Source of the DNA: a virus | Taxonomy: Duplodnaviria > Caudoviricetes | Length of the DNA stretch: 38,169 nucleotides | IMG/VR virus record: IMGVR_UViG_3300046786_000064 | Location: 1 to 38,169 of that record | Strand: one strand, 5' to 3' | Part shown: piece after piece, positions 35,993 through 38,169 of the stretch | How the letters are laid out: each line of letters begins with the position of its first letter | How positions within the stretch are numbered: position 1 is the first letter of the stretch | The notes under the pieces: generated by a model | Database searches by the model: none | Told to the model about the DNA's origin: nothing | What the model saw: only the letters and a program-made list of their open reading frames with translations | Position numbers and translations under genes: made by a program

Positions 35993-36663
35993 TAGGTTGC
36001 CTTTTGTGCTTTCTCCAAGTCACGCATCACCCATGTGTGGTCGTGCCTGAACTCAAATGTCCCAATGTGTCCGATTTCCTTCGACACATCGTGGTCTATG
36101 TAGATTTTAAAACCAGATGCCTGTGCTTTGCGACAGAAGAAAATATCTTCTCCGATATAGCCACGCTTGTCCTTGCGCCAAGGCGTTTCAAACCAAGGCT
36201 CTGACAAAGATTCAAAGACCTTGCGCTTAATCAGCATGACACCCATGCCAATTGACTCGACTTCTTCCAAGCCTGTTGACTCTGGCATTGTGTAGATTAA
36301 CTCGCGTGAGCCATCAGGCAAAGTCTTTTGCGCTGTCGGTCCCGTAGGCATCCTGCGCCTTGCGCAATTGGTAGCCACGATGTCCTTATCGTGCGCCAGC
36401 AAGCGTCCAACCATGTCCTGCGGGAAGGTCATGTCAGAATCAATAAACAGCACATGAGTGCAGTCTTCTCTCATGGCCTCAAGGCATAGATCAGCACGTT
36501 GATTCTGAATCAGTGTGCCTTGGTTGATCTTTAGACAGATCGCATCAGGCGTGTTGAGTGTGTGGTACGCCACCATATTGACCAAGCAGAACGTGAAGTT
36601 CGCATGGACCATATCTCTCGCGGGTGTGCATACTGCAATGTATTTAACGGTTTCTTGTGTCAT
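35992..36663 (-). CDS. Glycosyltransferase, GT-A fold (family 2-like)
   Basis: VCTPARD, THVLFIDSDMTFP, GMGVMLI, GEDIFFC, IGHIG. Confidence 0.85.
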   Translation of the reverse strand: MTQETVKYIAVCTPARDMVHANFTFCLVNMVAYHTLNTPDAICLKINQGTLIQNQRADLCLEAMREDCTHVLFIDSDMTFPQDMVGRLLAHDKDIVATNCARRRMPTGPTAQKTLPDGSRELIYTMPESTGLEEVESIGMGVMLIKRKVFESLSEPWFETPWRKDKRGYIGEDIFFCRKAQASGFKIYIDHDVSKEIGHIGTFEFRHDHTWVMRDLEKAQKAT

Positions 36664-36667
36664 TTTT

Positions 36668-36982
36668 TTATACTTGTCCTTCTTTCACGCGAAAGAATCT
36701 GTTGTCAGGGTCGTTGAGCCAACGCTTCATGTAAGCGTCATCGTCTAGCTTGCCTTGAGCTTTCAGCTCGTAGTAAATAGACAATGGGATACGAGCAACA
36801 TGATGGAACTCACCTTTCCAGCCAGTGTTGTCGGACTGAGTTAAATCAGTCTTGTTCATCTCAATGATTGGTGCTACGTCTTGCAGCGTTTCAATCGTTG
36901 CTTCGTCTTTATCAGCATCGTAATGCCATACTTTTTTGATGCCAGTAGCATCATCGTAGTCAAAGAGTCGTGATTCATTCAT
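36668..36982 (-). CDS. Conserved hypothetical protein downstream of the capsid gene
   Basis: QDVAPIIEMNK, HVARIP, WLNDPDNRFFR. Confidence 0.75.
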   Translation of the reverse strand: MNESRLFDYDDATGIKKVWHYDADKDEATIETLQDVAPIIEMNKTDLTQSDNTGWKGEFHHVARIPLSIYYELKAQGKLDDDAYMKRWLNDPDNRFFRVKEGQV

Positions 36983-36984
36983 AT

Positions 36985-37013
36985 AAAAAAAGGGGCAGGT
37001 TTCCCCGCCCCTT
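36985..37013 (-). terminator. Intrinsic terminator after the major capsid gene
   Basis: AAGGGGCGGG-GAAA-CCTGCCCCTT plus T run on minus. Confidence 0.85.
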
Positions 37014-37025
37014 CCGTTACTTCGA

Positions 37026-37988
37026 TTAAGAAGTTACCAAGTCAGCAGCCAAGCCCATGCCGTTCTCAGCCATCACTTTGTGACCCCACTCAACGATCAG
37101 CATACGCTTCTCAGCGTCACCTGTCTTGGCGAGTTCAACTTGTTGGTAAGGACGCAGAGTGGTCATCTTAGCCATGTCAGGGTCGATCACCCATGCGTCA
37201 CGCTCACGCTGGAAGCGGTTTGCGATCACTTGGATGTTGCCGAAGTCAGACACATAGATGTCAACAGCGCCAACCAAAGTTGCTGGCTTTGCGCCACCAT
37301 CAATGTTGAAACGGCTTGATGCGATACCAGAGAAGCCAGACACGCGCTGCTTGTTCACTGGACCTGTCATCAACATCTTTGGTGTACCACCAGCAGTCCA
37401 CACTTGTTGAATCACGTTCTTCAAGATGGTTTCGGTGAATGTACGGACGTTGCCATCAGTGCGCGCGCTGTTAGGCAAAGTGGTGTACGAAGGGTTTGCA
37501 CCGTTCGTTTGCATATCCACGTTTGTCTTCACGAAAGCGCCCAAAGAGGCAGTGCCACGGGCAGTTGTAGTGTTACCAGCAGCAGCCACAGCGCCGTTCA
37601 GCATTGTGAATTCTTGGTCACGCTTCAACTCAGCGCCGCGCTTGGCGATTTGGTAAGCCAATTCAGACTTACGACCAGCCTTGTTGACGGTTTCTTCAGT
37701 GGCAGACAACACGATTGTCTTGCGGCTGATCTGAGCGTAGTTTTGCAAACGCACAGTTGCGACAACAGCGTCAAACGAAGTTACATCGTCACCTTCCAAC
37801 TGCTTGTTAGCAGCGGCAGATGCCAATGTGTCTGTTTGCCACTCGTACAACGAGTTGCTGACAGACTCACGACCAATGTTGCTCATGTAAGGAGTTTCTT
37901 CAGGAGCAATGTTGGTGATGACGTTTGACAGGTCTTCACGGATGCCTTTGGCATCAAAGGTGGTAAAGGTGTTAGTTACGATAGCCAT
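37026..37988 (-). CDS. Major capsid protein (DUF5309/SU10-like)
   Basis: REDLSNVITNIAPEETP, EWQTDTL, NYAQI, ELKRDQE, YVSDFG, LAKTGDAEK; after scaffold, before terminator. Confidence 0.9.
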   Translation of the reverse strand: MAIVTNTFTTFDAKGIREDLSNVITNIAPEETPYMSNIGRESVSNSLYEWQTDTLASAAANKQLEGDDVTSFDAVVATVRLQNYAQISRKTIVLSATEETVNKAGRKSELAYQIAKRGAELKRDQEFTMLNGAVAAAGNTTTARGTASLGAFVKTNVDMQTNGANPSYTTLPNSARTDGNVRTFTETILKNVIQQVWTAGGTPKMLMTGPVNKQRVSGFSGIASSRFNIDGGAKPATLVGAVDIYVSDFGNIQVIANRFQRERDAWVIDPDMAKMTTLRPYQQVELAKTGDAEKRMLIVEWGHKVMAENGMGLAADLVTS

Positions 37989-37997
37989 TTAAGTGCC

Positions 37998-38169
37998 TCA
38001 TTTCAAAAGAAGTTCAATTGCTCTAGCCGCATCATCGACACGACCAGTTTTTGCAAGACGCTGTTTTGCGCGAGTACCTTCAGTTGTTGAGGAGACACGA
38101 CCAGCAGCCGATGGCTTTACTGGACGTGGACCGTTGTTGACTACGGGTTTGATGTCCTTACGCTTGGAC
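37998..38169 (-). CDS. C-terminal end of the scaffolding protein (continuation of 1-976)
   Basis: ...KQRLAKTGRVDDAARAIELLLK* in frame with ATG 976. Confidence 0.8.
   Translation of the reverse strand, partial: SKRKDIKPVVNNGPRPVKPSAAGRVSSTTEGTRAKQRLAKTGRVDDAARAIELLLK
38030..38169. repeat. Terminal overlap, right copy
   Basis: Matches 1-140 with two mismatches. Confidence 0.95.

Noticed and set aside
38030-38169. Biological direct terminal repeat
   Set aside because: It falls in the middle of the scaffold gene, so it is better explained as assembly overlap of a circular or permuted genome.

Overview
The window looks like a complete, circularly permuted genome of a tailed dsDNA phage, about 38,029 bp unique. 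Positions 1-140 are repeated at 38030-38169 with 2 mismatches, and the scaffold gene reads across that junction. It is podovirus-like: no tape measure, with tail tubular and ejection-protein genes. Most genes are on the minus strand: terS, terL, glycosyl/methyltransferases, portal, scaffold, capsid, tail, an elaborate lysis cassette and four ejection proteins. A minus-strand replication module encodes an HTH regulator, RuvC-like resolvase, DUF2800-like nuclease, probable SSB and primase-helicase, followed by an iteron-like origin. A plus-strand early region (13.8-18.2 kb) holds many tiny ORFs. I saw no integrase, DNA polymerase, canonical tRNA or CRISPR array. A freshwater betaproteobacterial host is my inference from family resemblance only. 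The most notable signals are non-coding: (1) a ~180-nt structured RNA with a tRNA-like cloverleaf and mutually exclusive stems upstream of terL; (2) a ~95-nt three-hairpin sRNA with anti-Shine-Dalgarno loops in the control region; (3) a shared TTGAY-N6-GTCAA operator linking the two loci; (4) clustered DnaA boxes. Also notable are a probable ADP-ribosyltransferase-like cargo in an ejection protein and virion-module glycosyltransferases. All product calls come from motif recognition and synteny, without database searches.
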